A stretch of 64,000 nt of DNA from Prochlorococcus sp. AG-355-P18 (lineage in GTDB: Bacteria > Cyanobacteriota > Cyanobacteriia > PCC-6307 > Cyanobiaceae). This document shows positions 20,392 to 31,895 of the stretch, in pieces (positions within the stretch are counted from its first letter, which is position 1; each line of letters opens with the position of its first letter). Position numbers and translations under genes: made by a program. Location of the stretch: contig QCER01000006.1 in NCBI GenBank assembly GCA_003280515.1, positions 2,393-66,392 of the forward strand, in the 5' to 3' direction. The notes under the pieces are model-generated. The model saw nothing but the letters and a program-made list of their open reading frames with translations. It ran no database searches and had not been told where the DNA came from.

Positions 20392-21489
20392 CTAAGCTAC
20401 TGTTTTTATATCATTAACAGCGATTGTATTAGCAGGATTGCTATTTAATGCTTTCATTGAATTAGAACTGACTTCAGTTCCTTCTGTTAATTTCTCTTTA
20501 ACCATAGATTCTACTTTATTCCTGATTTCTAAGTTTTGATCGAGCCAAATAATTGTGTTATCTCTTCCTTGTCCAATATTTTCTCCTTCATAACTATACC
20601 AAGCACCTCTCCTTATGATGATATTAGTCTCTTCTGCTAAATCTAATAAGCATCCTGTTGTACTAATACCTTTCCCAAAGAGAATATCAAATTCTGCAAT
20701 TCTAAATGGTGGTGCAACTTTGTTTTTTGCTACTTTCACTTTTGCTCTTATGCCATATTCCTCAGTACCTCTTTTAAGAGTTTGAATTCTTCTGATATCA
20801 AGTCTTACTGAGGCGTAAAACTTTAATGCATTACCTCCTGTGGTTGTTTCTGGATTGCCGTATGTAACGCCAATTTTTAGGCGTAATTGATTCAGGAATA
20901 TTACCGTACATCCAGATTTGCCAATATTTCCTGTTATTTTTCTCATTGCTTGGCTCATCAGCCTTGCTTGGCTTCCAATGACGTGATCTCCCATCTCTCC
21001 TTCTATCTCGGCTCTTGGGGTTAGCGCTGCGACCGAGTCAACAACAACAAGATCTACCGCACTCGATCTTATAAGTTGGTCAACTATTTCCAGAGCCATT
21101 TCACCAGTATCTGGCTGTGAAACTAACAAATTTTCTACATCAACTCCTAAAGAGGCTGCATAAACTGGATCGAGTGCATGCTCAGCATCTACAAATGCAG
21201 CTACTCCTCCATTTTTTTGGACCTCCGCAATCGCGTGAAGCGTTAATGTAGTTTTTCCTGAACTTTCAGGTCCGTAAACTTCTACTACTCTTCCTTTTGG
21301 ATAGCCTCCTCCTAATGCTAAATCTAAGGTGAGCGCTCCAGTAGATATTGTTTCTACTTTCATTCTTGAGGCGTCACCAAGTCTCATTATTGAACCTCGT
21401 CCAAAATTTCTTTCTATTTGACCTAAGACAAGACTTAATGCCTTGTCTTTTTCTTTTGATTCAGTTTTTTTCTTTTCTTCAAGGCTCAT
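20392..21489 (-). CDS. recA: Recombinase A
   Basis: [41 protein letters not shown]. Confidence 0.99.
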   Translation of the reverse strand: MSLEEKKKTESKEKDKALSLVLGQIERNFGRGSIMRLGDASRMKVETISTGALTLDLALGGGYPKGRVVEVYGPESSGKTTLTLHAIAEVQKNGGVAAFVDAEHALDPVYAASLGVDVENLLVSQPDTGEMALEIVDQLIRSSAVDLVVVDSVAALTPRAEIEGEMGDHVIGSQARLMSQAMRKITGNIGKSGCTVIFLNQLRLKIGVTYGNPETTTGGNALKFYASVRLDIRRIQTLKRGTEEYGIRAKVKVAKNKVAPPFRIAEFDILFGKGISTTGCLLDLAEETNIIIRRGAWYSYEGENIGQGRDNTIIWLDQNLEIRNKVESMVKEKLTEGTEVSSNSMKALNSNPANTIAVNDIKTVA

Positions 21490-21571
21490 TGTTTGATTTA
21501 TCGGTTAAAGTTCTTGTAATTATTCTAAATTTGGAAATCATTATTTAAACCAAACTTCATAAATACAAACT

Positions 21572-21587
21572 ATAGTACACCTGTACT
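21572..21587 (-). promoter_or_regulatory. LexA (SOS) box overlapping the putative recA -10 element
   Basis: Palindrome AGTACA-CC-TGTACT at 21574-21587 matches cyanobacterial RGTAC-N4-GTWC; minus-strand TACTAT at 21577-21572; about 85 bp upstream of recA. Confidence 0.85.
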
Positions 21588-21601
21588 CTAACTGATTATA
21601 T

Positions 21602-22381
21602 TTAAATTGCAACTAATTCTCCAAGGTTTCCTAATTTTAATAATTTGATTTCATTATTTAACTCATTTTTATCTGATTCTTTCAAATATCCCCAATCAGC
21701 TAGGAAGCATGGAATGTGAGAAGTTTCTGAATTCTGTTTAATATCGATTAGAGTTTTTTTTCTATCTTCTATAAAGCCTAAAATTTCATAAGTTTGTGTA
21801 AGTTTTTCAGCTATTTTGATTTTTGTTCCTGATTCATAACCAAAAATAAATTCTGGAAAAATATTTAATTGTTTAAGAATTTTTTCTGCAAATATTTTAC
21901 CTTTAGTTGTTATGACTCCAGTTTTTATTGCTCTTTTGCTTAATTCTTTCATAAAATTTATAATTTCAAAAAAAGGTTTATGTAAATTTACCCACGATTT
22001 AAAATCTTTATCAATTTGGTACTTGCGAGACTTATCTAACATTTTTTGTATATCTTCTGCTATCCAGGAATTTTCATTTAATATCCTCTGGCAATTTTGA
22101 TGATAATTATTAATGAATTCATCTTTATTATCATTTTTTAATGGATTTTCTGTTTTTATAATTTCGTGAACAATTAGAATCATTTCCCAACCATATTTAA
22201 CCCAAGGCCTAATTTCTTTGAAAGAATTTGGTACTTCTTGATAAAGTTTTTGATCAATAGTGATGTTGGGAGAATTTAAATATCTTTCACAGGCCAGCAA
22301 GGAGCTATGCCAATATTCTTGCATTCCATCAACTATTACTCCATCAAAATCGAATAGAAAAATTTTTTGAGAAGACACCAA
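21602..22381 (-). CDS. HAD-family hydrolase
   Basis: FDFDGVIVD motif I, TTKG motif II, FIEDR motif IV. Confidence 0.85.
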   Translation of the reverse strand: MVSSQKIFLFDFDGVIVDGMQEYWHSSLLACERYLNSPNITIDQKLYQEVPNSFKEIRPWVKYGWEMILIVHEIIKTENPLKNDNKDEFINNYHQNCQRILNENSWIAEDIQKMLDKSRKYQIDKDFKSWVNLHKPFFEIINFMKELSKRAIKTGVITTKGKIFAEKILKQLNIFPEFIFGYESGTKIKIAEKLTQTYEILGFIEDRKKTLIDIKQNSETSHIPCFLADWGYLKESDKNELNNEIKLLKLGNLGELVAI

Positions 22382-22394
22382 TTGAATATTAGAA

Positions 22395-22466
22395 CTGGGC
22401 CGCTAGGATTCGAACCTAGGAATGTCGAGACCAAAACCCGATGCCTTACCACTTGGCGACGGCCCA
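22395..22466 (-). tRNA. tRNA-Gln(UUG)
   Basis: Reverse complement TGGGCCGTCGCCAAGTGGTAAGGCATCGGGTT-TTG-GTCTCGACATTCCTAGGTTCGAATCCTAGCGGCCCAG. Confidence 0.96.
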
Positions 22467-22560
22467 TTGAAATTCCATTTTAATACATGAGAAGATTTTT
22501 TTCTATCCAAAAAATACAAATTTTTTATAAACATGGCGCTAGTTTTGAAAAATAAAAATA

Positions 22561-23568
22561 TTATTTGAATGAGCTCGATTTCCATGGCTCTAGAAATTTC
22601 TGAGCTTTTTTGATCGCCAAACCCATTATTTCAGGATACTCATAGAGTTTTTTGTTATTTTTGTGAGCAAATTCAATAAGGGGCTGCATAATTTTTCTTG
22701 CAGCACTTCCAAATGCTATTCCATCTGGGAGATTGTTTGAATTCAACAATTCATGAGTTTTTTCATTTGTTCCTCCTGCTAATTGAATTAATCCTGGTGG
22801 AAGATCTGAACCGATTTTTTCAAACAACTTAACAGCATCTCTACTTGTTGTAGGAGCAAGATCTCCAGACATTGGCCTTCCATCTAGTTGCCAAATGAGT
22901 GGAATATCTAGCTCATTCAGAATTTCATATCTTTCCCAAAGAGCCTTCAAAAGATCTTCGGGCTCTTGGGCTTTTTTGAAAGATTGATTTAATCCACAAC
23001 TAATAGATATCTTGTCTAATTTCATTCCAGAACTTTTAAGGATATTTACAACTTTTGCAAAAGAATCTAGGCGATTGATTTCCGTATGAATTTCTACTGC
23101 ATTAGGCCTTATTGTTTGAAGTGTTGATGCTAAATCGTTTTTTGACAAATTATATTCATATTCACTAATTAGATTTAGAGGACAACTATTTAAACATCTT
23201 CCACATCCATAACATTTACTCTTTTTGATCCCAGAATTATCAATAGCAAAGGTGGGGCATACTTTTTCGCATGGTCTTGGACAGCTAGAGGGACATTTTA
23301 AAGGATCAAATTTTGCTTTTCGAAAGTGGATATCATTACCATCACTAATACTTATCATTAATCCAGGGGAGTTTTTAAAGACTTTTTTTGCCCACTCGAT
23401 TCCTTTTTTTGCTGCATGGACTATAGATTCTTCTGCGGCAACATCTATGTAATCGACACCAGCAGCAGTATAAATTGCACATAAATCTTCTATGGCAATA
23501 ATATCTTCATTACTGGCACCACAAATTAACTTAATCCATTTATCTTTTTTATAATTTGTTTTAATCAA
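22561..23568 (-). CDS. ldpA: LdpA (light-dependent period) 4Fe-4S protein
   Basis: WIKLICGAS, HFRKA, CPSSCPRPCEKVCP and CYGCGRCLNSCP ferredoxin motifs, WQLDGRPMSGD, QLAGGTN. Confidence 0.85.
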   Translation of the reverse strand: MIKTNYKKDKWIKLICGASNEDIIAIEDLCAIYTAAGVDYIDVAAEESIVHAAKKGIEWAKKVFKNSPGLMISISDGNDIHFRKAKFDPLKCPSSCPRPCEKVCPTFAIDNSGIKKSKCYGCGRCLNSCPLNLISEYEYNLSKNDLASTLQTIRPNAVEIHTEINRLDSFAKVVNILKSSGMKLDKISISCGLNQSFKKAQEPEDLLKALWERYEILNELDIPLIWQLDGRPMSGDLAPTTSRDAVKLFEKIGSDLPPGLIQLAGGTNEKTHELLNSNNLPDGIAFGSAARKIMQPLIEFAHKNNKKLYEYPEIMGLAIKKAQKFLEPWKSSSFK

Positions 23569-23573
23569 ACAAT

Positions 23574-24050
23574 TTAACTTTCAAATTCATCCAAAATATA
23601 ATTACTTAATGGTTTCCATTCAAGTTTTCTTGAACCCCCCATTTCAACAACTATTGTTAGTTTATTATCGTTAGTGCAAATCTCTATTAAGCTCTCTAAT
23701 TCAGATTGAGATAATACTTGACCTTCTAATAACCAAAGCAATTTATTTTTATCATTTTCATTAAATAACTCAGAAGCTTGTGGGATTACTTGTTGAACTT
23801 CCCCAAGCGCTCCGTTTCTTCCTATACTTTGATGACCAAGGTGAGGTGGTCTAACGCCATGCAATTTGAGCAAGAAAACTTCTGGATCTCCAAGACCTCT
23901 TGCTGAAGTTATATAAGTTTTAAAGCCTTTGGTCCTCATTCTCCTTAAAAGACGAGTTTCATAACCACCTTCAAGAGGAGCAAATATTGCGAGACATTTG
24001 TTAGTTTTTAAATCGTTATGAAACTTTTTCCCTGAGAGAAGTAATGGCAT
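23574..24050 (-). CDS. ndhN: NDH-1 subunit N
   Basis: [34 protein letters not shown]. Confidence 0.93.
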   Translation of the reverse strand: MPLLLSGKKFHNDLKTNKCLAIFAPLEGGYETRLLRRMRTKGFKTYITSARGLGDPEVFLLKLHGVRPPHLGHQSIGRNGALGEVQQVIPQASELFNENDKNKLLWLLEGQVLSQSELESLIEICTNDNKLTIVVEMGGSRKLEWKPLSNYILDEFES

Positions 24051-24100
24051 AAAAATTTCCTTTATTTCTATTTTATTTTATTTTATGGTACTTGATGATG

Positions 24101-24329
24101 TACAATTGTAACTCAGTGAATTTTTAAGCTCGCAAGCTAGCCGAGCCTCTGAAAATTTCACATTTTTTAGCGTTTCGTTAAAAAACTCAGGTGGGTTTAT
24201 CCCGAGAGAAACTATCTATTATTTCAGATAAGTCTCGACCTTACTAATTGTTTTTTTATTAACTTCACCTTAATAACTGAAGGGTTTAGATAATCGAAAA
24301 ATTATTACGAGCTAGCCTAATTTAGTCTT
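24101..24329 (+). promoter_or_regulatory. rplC operon promoter (-10 TACAAT) and long structured 5' leader
   Basis: TACAAT at 24101; stem GTGAATTTTT/GAAAATTTCAC with inner GCTCG/CGAGC (24116-24161) followed by a T tract; further stems at 24203-24237 and 24263-24282. Confidence 0.6.
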
Positions 24330-24983
24330 ATGTCTATCGGAATTTTAGGAAAGAAATTGGGCATGTCCCAACTTTTCGATGATAAAGGTAATTCGGTACC
24401 AGTTACTCTTATAGAGGCTGGTCCATGCCGCGTCACTCAATTGAAAACAACTGCTTTGGATGGTTATACCGCCGTTCAGATAGGTTATGGCTTGTCCAAA
24501 GAGAAGCATTTAAGCAAACCTGAAAAGGGACACTTATTGAAATCAGGTGAAGAACTTTTAAAGCATTTGAAAGAATATAGGGTTGAAGAAACTTCATCTT
24601 ATGAAATCGGAAAACAAATAACTGTAAAAAACTTTGAGGTTGGTCAAAAAGTTGATATCAGTGGCAAATCTATGGGTAGAGGTTTTGCAGGTTACCAGAA
24701 AAGACATGGTTTTAGCAGAGGTCCTATGAGTCATGGTTCAAAAAATCATAGAGCACCAGGATCTACAGGAGCAGGAACAACTCCGGGTAGAATTTATCCA
24801 GGGAAAAGAATGGCAGGAAGATATGGAGGGAAACAGATAACTACTAAAGGATTGTTAGTTCTAAAAATTGATGATCAGAAGAATTTGCTTGTTGTAAAGG
24901 GTTCTGTTCCAGGTAAGCCCGGCTCAATTGTCAATATTAAGCCAAATAATGTTGTGGGCAAAAAAGGAGGTGAAAAATCATGA
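24330..24983 (+). CDS. rplC: 50S ribosomal protein L3
   Basis: [36 protein letters not shown]. Confidence 0.98.
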   Translation: MSIGILGKKLGMSQLFDDKGNSVPVTLIEAGPCRVTQLKTTALDGYTAVQIGYGLSKEKHLSKPEKGHLLKSGEELLKHLKEYRVEETSSYEIGKQITVKNFEVGQKVDISGKSMGRGFAGYQKRHGFSRGPMSHGSKNHRAPGSTGAGTTPGRIYPGKRMAGRYGGKQITTKGLLVLKIDDQKNLLVVKGSVPGKPGSIVNIKPNNVVGKKGGEKS

Positions 24984-25612
24984 CAACACTTGAAACTTTA
25001 AAGTGGGATGGTAAAAAATCAGGCAAAGTTACTCTTGATTTGGCAGTTGCTAAAGAAACTTCTTCGGCAGACTTAATCCATAGAGCAGTCCTTAGACAGC
25101 TAGCAAATAAAAGACAAGGGACAGCATCAACTTTGACAAGATCTGAAGTGCGCGGGGGCGGTAGAAAGCCATACAAACAAAAAGGTACAGGAAGAGCTCG
25201 TCAAGGATCAATAAGGACACCCTTAAGACCTGGTGGCGGAATTATTTTTGGACCGAAGCCACGTTCTTACAATCTTGATATGAATCGAAAGGAACGTAGA
25301 TTAGCTCTTAGAACAGCTCTTATGTCCAGAGTATCTGATATGAAGGCTGTTGAAGATTTTGGATCTACTTTAAAGCAGCCTAAAACAAGTGATATCATCA
25401 ATGGCCTTGCTCGATTAGGTATACAAAAAACTGAAAAAGTTTTGGTTATTCTCGATAGTCCTTCCGATATTATAAAAAAATCCATTAATAATATTGAGAA
25501 AGTAAAATTAATCGCCGCCGATCAATTAAATGTATTTGATATTCTCAATGCCAATAAATTGGTAATAGGTCAATCAGCGATAGATAAAATTCAGGAGGTT
25601 TATGCATCATGA
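24980..25612 (+). CDS. rplD: 50S ribosomal protein L4
   Basis: [32 protein letters not shown]. Confidence 0.98.
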   Translation: MTTLETLKWDGKKSGKVTLDLAVAKETSSADLIHRAVLRQLANKRQGTASTLTRSEVRGGGRKPYKQKGTGRARQGSIRTPLRPGGGIIFGPKPRSYNLDMNRKERRLALRTALMSRVSDMKAVEDFGSTLKQPKTSDIINGLARLGIQKTEKVLVILDSPSDIIKKSINNIEKVKLIAADQLNVFDILNANKLVIGQSAIDKIQEVYAS

Positions 25613-25911
25613 GTAAATTATTCGATTCTCGTTTAGCCGATGTAATACGAAAGCCAGTTATTACTGAAAAAGCTACAAATGCACTAGATTTTAACCAATA
25701 TACTTTCGAAGTAGATCATAGAGCGGCTAAACCACAAATAAAGGCAGCTATTGAAGCCTTGTTTAGTGTTAAAGTCATAGGAGTTAATACTATGAATCCT
25801 CCTAGGAGAACAAGAAGAGTCGGGAAATTTTCCGGTAAACGTTCTCAGGTCAAGAAGGCAATTGTACGTCTTGCTGAAGGAGACAAAATCCAACTATTTC
25901 CAGAATCTTAA
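25609..25911 (+). CDS. rplW: 50S ribosomal protein L23
   Basis: [19 protein letters not shown]. Confidence 0.97.
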   Translation: MSKLFDSRLADVIRKPVITEKATNALDFNQYTFEVDHRAAKPQIKAAIEALFSVKVIGVNTMNPPRRTRRVGKFSGKRSQVKKAIVRLAEGDKIQLFPES

Positions 25912-25923
25912 GGAGTTTTAATC

Positions 25924-26787
25924 ATGGCAATACGTAAATTTAAACCTTATACACCTGGCACTAGGCAGAGAGTAGTATCTGACTTTAGTGAAATCACAAG
26001 TGCAAAACCTGAAAGATCACTAATAGTTTCAAAACATAGAGTTAAAGGCAGGAATAATCGTGGAGTTATCACTTGTCGGCATCGTGGTGGTGGTCATAAA
26101 AGGCAATATAGATTGGTCGACTTTAGAAGAGATAAAAGAAATATCAACGCTAAAGTTGCAGCTATACACTACGATCCTCATAGAAATGCAAGGTTGGCAC
26201 TTTTATTTTACGAAGATGGAGAGAAAAGATATATTATCGCTCCAGCAGGAGTAAAAGTCGGACAAAATGTCATTTCTGGAGAAAATGTTCCAATTGAAGA
26301 TGGAAATGCAATGCCGCTTTCTGTTATGCCATTAGGATCTAGTGTTCATTGTGTTGAGTTATACGCAGGTAGGGGTGCTCAAATGGTTAGATCCGCAGGA
26401 GCTAGTGCTCAAGTTATGGCAAAAGAGGGAGATTACGTTGCTTTAAAACTCCCATCTACTGAGGTAAGACTTGTAAGAAAAGAATGCTACGCAACTCTTG
26501 GTGAAGTAGGTAATTCTGAAATAAGAAATACTAGCTTAGGTAAAGCAGGAAGAAGAAGATGGCTTGGAAGAAGGCCTCAAGTAAGAGGTAGTGTAATGAA
26601 CCCATGTGATCATCCACATGGAGGAGGAGAGGGAAAAGCACCAATTGGTAGAGCAGGCCCAGTTACTCCATGGGGTAAGCCAGCTCTTGGACTAAAGACA
26701 CGTAAAAAGAACAAACCAAGCAATAAATTAGTTGTTCGAAGACGCCGTCGCGTTTCTAAGAGGAGTAGAGGAGGAAGAGACTCTTGA
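25924..26787 (+). CDS. rplB: 50S ribosomal protein L2
   Basis: [31 protein letters not shown]. Confidence 0.99.
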
Positions 26788-26824
26788 TTACTTCATTTAT
26801 TATTTCAATTTCTATTACATAATC

Positions 26825-27103
26825 ATGGGACGTTCACTAAAAAAAGGACCTTTTATAGCGGATAGCCTGCTCAAGAAGGTAGAAAAACAAAATACCGATA
26901 ATGACAAGTCTGTCATCAAAACTTGGTCAAGATCCTCTACGATTTTACCTTTAATGATCGGTCACACAATCGCTGTACATAATGGCAAGACTCACATTCC
27001 AGTATTTATTACTGAACAAATGATTGGTCATAAACTCGGAGAATTTGCTCCTACACGCACTTACCGAGGTCATATAAGAGATAAGAAAGGAGCAAAATCA
27101 TGA
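26825..27103 (+). CDS. rpsS: 30S ribosomal protein S19
   Basis: True start ATG at 26825: [10 protein letters not shown]...KTWSRSS...[11 protein letters not shown]. Confidence 0.97.
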
Positions 27104-27486
27104 CAAAAACACCTGAAACACCTAAAACAGCCATTGCTCATGGGAATTATGTTCGCGGATCAGCCTCTAAAGTGAGAAGAGTTTTGGATCAGATAAGGGG
27201 TAGGTCTTATAGAGATGCATTGATTATGTTGGAATTTATGCCTTACAGATCTACAGATCCTATCACTAAAGTTCTAAGATCTGCTGTTGCCAACGCAGAA
27301 AATAACCTTGGGATGGATCCATCTACATTAGTTATTTCTTCTGCATGGGCTAATAGTGGTCCTGTAATGAAAAGGTATAGGCCTAGAGCTCAAGGTCGAG
27401 CTTTTTCAATTAAAAAACAGACTTGCCACATCAGTATTTCTGTCGAATCTGCTCCTACTCAAACTAATGCGGAGGTACAAAACTAA
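27100..27486 (+). CDS. rplV: 50S ribosomal protein L22
   Basis: [26 protein letters not shown]. Confidence 0.97.
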
Positions 27487-28217
27487 TGGGACATAAAATA
27501 CATCCTACTGGACTAAGATTAGGAATTACACAAGAGCATCGCTCTAAATGGTTTGCTACTTCCAAAACATATCCAGTTCTTCTTCAAGAAGATTTTAAAA
27601 TTCGTACATTTATACAAAAAAAATATGGAGCAGCGGGAATTAGCGATGTTTTAATAGCTAGAAAAGCTGACCAACTGGAACTTGAATTAAAAACAGCAAG
27701 ACCAGGAGTAATAGTTGGAAGACAAGGAAGTGGTATTGAAGAATTAAGATCTGGTATTCAAAAAACTTTAGGTGATAGAACAAGGCAAGTTAGAATAAAT
27801 GTTGTTGAAGTTGAACGTGTAGACGCCGATGCCTTTTTACTAGCTGAGTATATTGCGCAACAATTAGAGAAAAGAGTCGCCTTTAGAAGAACTATCAGGA
27901 TGGCCTTACAAAGAGCTCAAAGGGCTGGAGTCTTAGGTCTTAAAATACAAGTAGGGGGAAGGTTGAATGGTGCTGAAATAGCTAGGACTGAATGGACTAG
28001 AGAAGGTAGAGTACCTTTACATACTTTGAGAGCTGAAATTGACTATGCAACACGGGAAGCTAATACAACTTACGGTGTTCTTGGCATTAAAGTTTGGGTT
28101 TTCAAAGGTGAAGTTCTCCCTAAAGAAGAACAAACTATCCCTGTGGGTGCTGGCCCTAAGAGGAAAGCTAGTAGAAGACCTCAGCAATTTGAGGATCGTT
28201 CAAATGAGAATTCATAG
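27486..28217 (+). CDS. rpsC: 30S ribosomal protein S3
   Basis: [32 protein letters not shown]. Confidence 0.98.
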   Translation: MGHKIHPTGLRLGITQEHRSKWFATSKTYPVLLQEDFKIRTFIQKKYGAAGISDVLIARKADQLELELKTARPGVIVGRQGSGIEELRSGIQKTLGDRTRQVRINVVEVERVDADAFLLAEYIAQQLEKRVAFRRTIRMALQRAQRAGVLGLKIQVGGRLNGAEIARTEWTREGRVPLHTLRAEIDYATREANTTYGVLGIKVWVFKGEVLPKEEQTIPVGAGPKRKASRRPQQFEDRSNENS

Positions 28218-28228
28218 GAGGTATAAAA

Positions 28229-28711
28229 ATGCTTAGTCCAAAGCGTACTAAATTCCGTAAACAACACAGAGGCAGAATGAGGGGTGTAGCCTCAAAAGGT
28301 AATACTATTGCTTTTGGTCAATTTGCCCTTCAAGCACAAGACTGTGGATGGGTAACCGCACGTCAGATTGAAGCAAGTAGACGAGCTATGACAAGATATA
28401 TCAAGCGTGGTGGTCAAATCTGGATAAGAATATTTCCTGATAAACCAGTAACCATGAGACCTGCTGAAACTAGAATGGGTTCTGGTAAGGGTAATCCCGA
28501 GTTTTGGGTCGCAGTTGTAAAACCTGGGAGAATACTTTTTGAAATGGGTGGTGATGATATCACTGAGGAAATTGCAAAGGAAGCTATGCGTTTAGCTCAA
28601 TACAAACTCCCAGTAAAAACTAAATTTATCTCTATTGATAAAAATCTAGAAGATTCCTCCCAAGAAAATCCAAAAAATAATAAAAAATCTCAAGAGGAGG
28701 TTAAACAATGA
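28229..28711 (+). CDS. rplP: 50S ribosomal protein L16 (C-terminal extension)
   Basis: [27 protein letters not shown]. Confidence 0.98.
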   Translation: MLSPKRTKFRKQHRGRMRGVASKGNTIAFGQFALQAQDCGWVTARQIEASRRAMTRYIKRGGQIWIRIFPDKPVTMRPAETRMGSGKGNPEFWVAVVKPGRILFEMGGDDITEEIAKEAMRLAQYKLPVKTKFISIDKNLEDSSQENPKNNKKSQEEVKQ

Positions 28712-28926
28712 AAAACTCAGAGTCTCTTAAAGAATTTAAAAAATTAAATTCTGATCAAATTGCCGAAAAGATTAATCAATTACGCAAAGATCTTTTTGAT
28801 TTGAGATTCAAGCAAGCTACAAGACAGCTCAATGAAACTCATAAATTTAAAATTATCAAGAAACAAGTTGCGCAATTACTTACTCTCAGTAAGAGCCAAT
28901 TTGCTTCTAAAACAACTTCTGATTAA
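28708..28926 (+). CDS. rpmC: 50S ribosomal protein L29
   Basis: [13 protein letters not shown]; operon position. Confidence 0.93.
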   Translation: MKNSESLKEFKKLNSDQIAEKINQLRKDLFDLRFKQATRQLNETHKFKIIKKQVAQLLTLSKSQFASKTTSD

Positions 28927-28935
28927 TTATTAGTT

Positions 28936-29202
28936 ATGGCACTTAAAGAAAGAATTGGTACTGTTGTCAGCGACAAAATGGATAAAACAGTTGTTGTTGC
29001 TGTTATCAACAGATATCCACATCCCACTTATAAAAAAATTGTAAGTAGAACTACAAGATATAAAGCGCATGATCCCGAAAATACATGTGTTTTGGGAGAT
29101 CGAGTTAAAATTAGAGAAACTAGACCGCTTAGTGCTCAAAAAAGATGGGCAATAGAAGAGATTCTCAATAAAACAAGTCAGGCTAAGGAGGTTAAAAAAT
29201 GA
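28936..29202 (+). CDS. rpsQ: 30S ribosomal protein S17
   Basis: [25 protein letters not shown]. Confidence 0.97.
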   Translation: MALKERIGTVVSDKMDKTVVVAVINRYPHPTYKKIVSRTTRYKAHDPENTCVLGDRVKIRETRPLSAQKRWAIEEILNKTSQAKEVKK

Positions 29203-29564
29203 TTCAACAAGAAACTTACTTAACAGTTGCTGATAACAGCGGAGCGAAAAGACTCCAATGTATCAGAGTTTTAGGTTCTAATAGAAGGTATGCACATGTT
29301 GGGGATGTAATCGTAGCAACTGTAAAAGATGCTCTTCCTAACATGGGAGTTAAGAAATCTGAAGTTGTCAAAGCCGTTATTGTAAGAACTAAAGCAACAT
29401 TAAGAAGAAATACTGGTAATTCAATCAGATTTGATGACAATGCTGCAGTTTTGATTAATGAAGATAAAAATCCAAAAGGTACTAGAGTCTTTGGTCCTGT
29501 AGCTAGAGAACTGCGGGAAAAAAATTATACAAAGATTGTTTCTCTTGCTCCGGAGGTGATTTAA
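29199..29564 (+). CDS. rplN: 50S ribosomal protein L14
   Basis: [33 protein letters not shown]. Confidence 0.98.
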   Translation: MIQQETYLTVADNSGAKRLQCIRVLGSNRRYAHVGDVIVATVKDALPNMGVKKSEVVKAVIVRTKATLRRNTGNSIRFDDNAAVLINEDKNPKGTRVFGPVARELREKNYTKIVSLAPEVI

Positions 29565-29921
29565 ATGTTGGATTCATTAAAACAAAAGAAAAATTTTCAG
29601 AGAATTAAAATGAGAATCAAAACTGGAGATTTGGTAAAAGTAATCAATGGTAAGGACAAAGGGAAAACTGGTGAGGTTTTAAAAACTATCCCTCTTGAAA
29701 ATAGAGTAGTTGTTAAGGGTATTAACCTTAGGACTAAACATGTAAAACCACAGCAGGAAGGAGAAACTGGAAGAATACTTACAGAGGAAGCATCTTTACA
29801 TGCGTCAAATGTGATGTTCTTCTCAAAGGATAAAAATCTTACAAGTAAGATTGAATACTTTATTGATAAAGAAGGGGTTAAGAAAAGAAGATTGAAGAAA
29901 ACTGGTGAAGTAATTGATTAA
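29565..29921 (+). CDS. rplX: 50S ribosomal protein L24
   Basis: KOW motif [21 protein letters not shown]. Confidence 0.96.
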   Translation: MLDSLKQKKNFQRIKMRIKTGDLVKVINGKDKGKTGEVLKTIPLENRVVVKGINLRTKHVKPQQEGETGRILTEEASLHASNVMFFSKDKNLTSKIEYFIDKEGVKKRRLKKTGEVID

Positions 29922-29995
29922 TTTTTCATCAGAAATCAGATTTCAACTTTTTCTAATTTATCAATTCTGACAAAGACCAGAATTTACAAAAAATT

Positions 29996-30535
29996 ATGAC
30001 TCTTAAAAATCGCTACAAAGAAACAATAAGACCAAAACTTTTAAAGGATCTTGGTCTTAATAATATTCATCAAGTACCTAAAGTTGTCAAAGTCAACGTT
30101 AACAGAGGTCTTGGTGAAGCAGCTTCAAATTCGAAAGCTCTAGAAGCCTCTTTAAACGAAATGGCCACAATTACAGGACAAAAGGCTCTTGTTACTAGGG
30201 CCAAAAAAGCTATCGCGGGTTTTAAAATTCGTGAAGGCATGCCTATTGGTTGTACTGTAACTTTGAGAGGAGATAAGATGTATTCCTTTTTGGAAAGATT
30301 TATAAATCTAGCTTTACCAAGAATAAGAGACTTCAGAGGAGTTAATCCAAAAAGTTTTGATGGGAGAGGGAATTATACCCTTGGAGTGAAAGAGCAATTG
30401 ATTTTTCCTGAAATCTCTTTTGATAAAATAGATTCAATTAGAGGTATGGATATAACTATTGTCACTAGTGCAAAATCAGATCAAGAAGGTAAAGCTCTTT
30501 TGCAGGAGTTAGGAATGCCTTTTAGTAAGAATTAA
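29996..30535 (+). CDS. rplE: 50S ribosomal protein L5
   Basis: [27 protein letters not shown]. Confidence 0.98.
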   Translation: MTLKNRYKETIRPKLLKDLGLNNIHQVPKVVKVNVNRGLGEAASNSKALEASLNEMATITGQKALVTRAKKAIAGFKIREGMPIGCTVTLRGDKMYSFLERFINLALPRIRDFRGVNPKSFDGRGNYTLGVKEQLIFPEISFDKIDSIRGMDITIVTSAKSDQEGKALLQELGMPFSKN

Positions 30536-30544
30536 ATTAAAACT

Positions 30545-30946
30545 ATGTCAAATCACGATCCTATTTCAGATATGCTTACTCGAATTAGAAATGCGAGTCA
30601 AAAAAAGCATACAACCACAACAATTCCAGGTTCAAAAATGTCCTTAAGTATCGCCAAAGTGCTTCAAAAGGAGGGGTTCATTTCTGATATTAATGAGGAA
30701 GGTGAAGGTTATAAGGCACAAATAATACTCGGCCTCAAATATAGTGGTAAAAATAAATTCCCTACCATTAGATCAATGCAAAGAGTTAGTAAACCTGGTT
30801 TGAGAATTTATAAAAATACTAGAGCTTTACCAAAAGTTCTTGGAGGTCTTGGTGTTGCCATAATATCAACTTCTAAAGGTGTCATGAGTGATCGCGATGC
30901 TAGGAAGCAAGGCATTGGCGGTGAAGTCCTCTGCTATGTTTATTAA
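30545..30946 (+). CDS. rpsH: 30S ribosomal protein S8
   Basis: [34 protein letters not shown]. Confidence 0.98.
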   Translation: MSNHDPISDMLTRIRNASQKKHTTTTIPGSKMSLSIAKVLQKEGFISDINEEGEGYKAQIILGLKYSGKNKFPTIRSMQRVSKPGLRIYKNTRALPKVLGGLGVAIISTSKGVMSDRDARKQGIGGEVLCYVY

Positions 30947-30958
30947 GGAGAATTAATC

Positions 30959-31498
30959 ATGTCAAGAATAGGAAAAACACCAGTACTGATTCCAGAGAAA
31001 GTTACAGTTGATTTTGATGGATTAACAGTTACAGTGAGAGGCCCAAAGGGTGAGTTAAAACGTCTCATGCCTGAAGGAGTTAGTTTTGATAAGAAAGATA
31101 ATACTATTATCGTAAGTCCTACTTCAACCAAAATATATTCAAGGCAGAGACATGGTTTATGTAGAGCGTTAATTGCAAATATGGTTGAAGGGGTTACTCA
31201 AGGTTTTTCAAAGAAACTAGAAATTGTTGGCGTCGGATCAAGAGCACAAGTAAAAGGTAAAAATCTTGTTGTAAGTGCAGGATATAGTCATCCTGTAGAA
31301 ATGATCCCCCCTGATGGTATAACATACAAAGTTGAGAGTAATACAAACGTTACTGTATCTGGAATTGATAAGGAAATTGTTGGCAATGAAGCAGCAAAAA
31401 TCAGATCAATTAGACCTCCAGAGCCATATAAAGGTAAAGGAATTAAATACCATGATGAGAGAATTCTCAGAAAAGCTGGTAAATCTGGCAAAAAATAA
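30959..31498 (+). CDS. rplF: 50S ribosomal protein L6
   Basis: [28 protein letters not shown]. Confidence 0.98.
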   Translation: MSRIGKTPVLIPEKVTVDFDGLTVTVRGPKGELKRLMPEGVSFDKKDNTIIVSPTSTKIYSRQRHGLCRALIANMVEGVTQGFSKKLEIVGVGSRAQVKGKNLVVSAGYSHPVEMIPPDGITYKVESNTNVTVSGIDKEIVGNEAAKIRSIRPPEPYKGKGIKYHDERILRKAGKSGKK

Positions 31499-31512
31499 TT
31501 CCAATTAAAAAA

Positions 31513-31881
31513 ATGACCAAACTTTCCAGGAAATTACAAACCCAAAAAAGACATAAAAGATTAAGGAGATTCTTAATCGGAGATTCAACACGTCCAAGAT
31601 TGTCTGTTTTTCGCTCTAATAACCATATTTACGCCCAGGTTATAGATGATAACGCTCAAACAACTATTTGCTCAGCTTCAACTGTTGATAAGGAACTAAG
31701 AGAAAAATCTGAGAAATTACCTTCTGATTGCAATTCTTCATCTATTGTTGGAAAATTACTAGCAAAGAGAGCGATAAAAAAAGGTATTAAGCAAGTAATT
31801 TTTGACCGTGGAGGTAATTTATATCACGGTAGAGTTAAGGCGCTTGCAGACGCTGCTCGTGAAGCCGGCTTAGAATTCTAA
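31513..31881 (+). CDS. rplR: 50S ribosomal protein L18
   Basis: [26 protein letters not shown]. Confidence 0.97.
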   Translation: MTKLSRKLQTQKRHKRLRRFLIGDSTRPRLSVFRSNNHIYAQVIDDNAQTTICSASTVDKELREKSEKLPSDCNSSSIVGKLLAKRAIKKGIKQVIFDRGGNLYHGRVKALADAAREAGLEF

Positions 31882-31895
31882 CTTTTATTTTTACT

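Noticed and set aside
22403-22585. 60-aa ORF ending in GPSPSGKASGFGLDIPRFES
   Set aside because: It is a translation of the tRNA-Gln gene
26732-26824. N-terminal extension of S19 in the ORF track
   Set aside because: It overlaps rplB; the conserved S19 begins at ATG 26825
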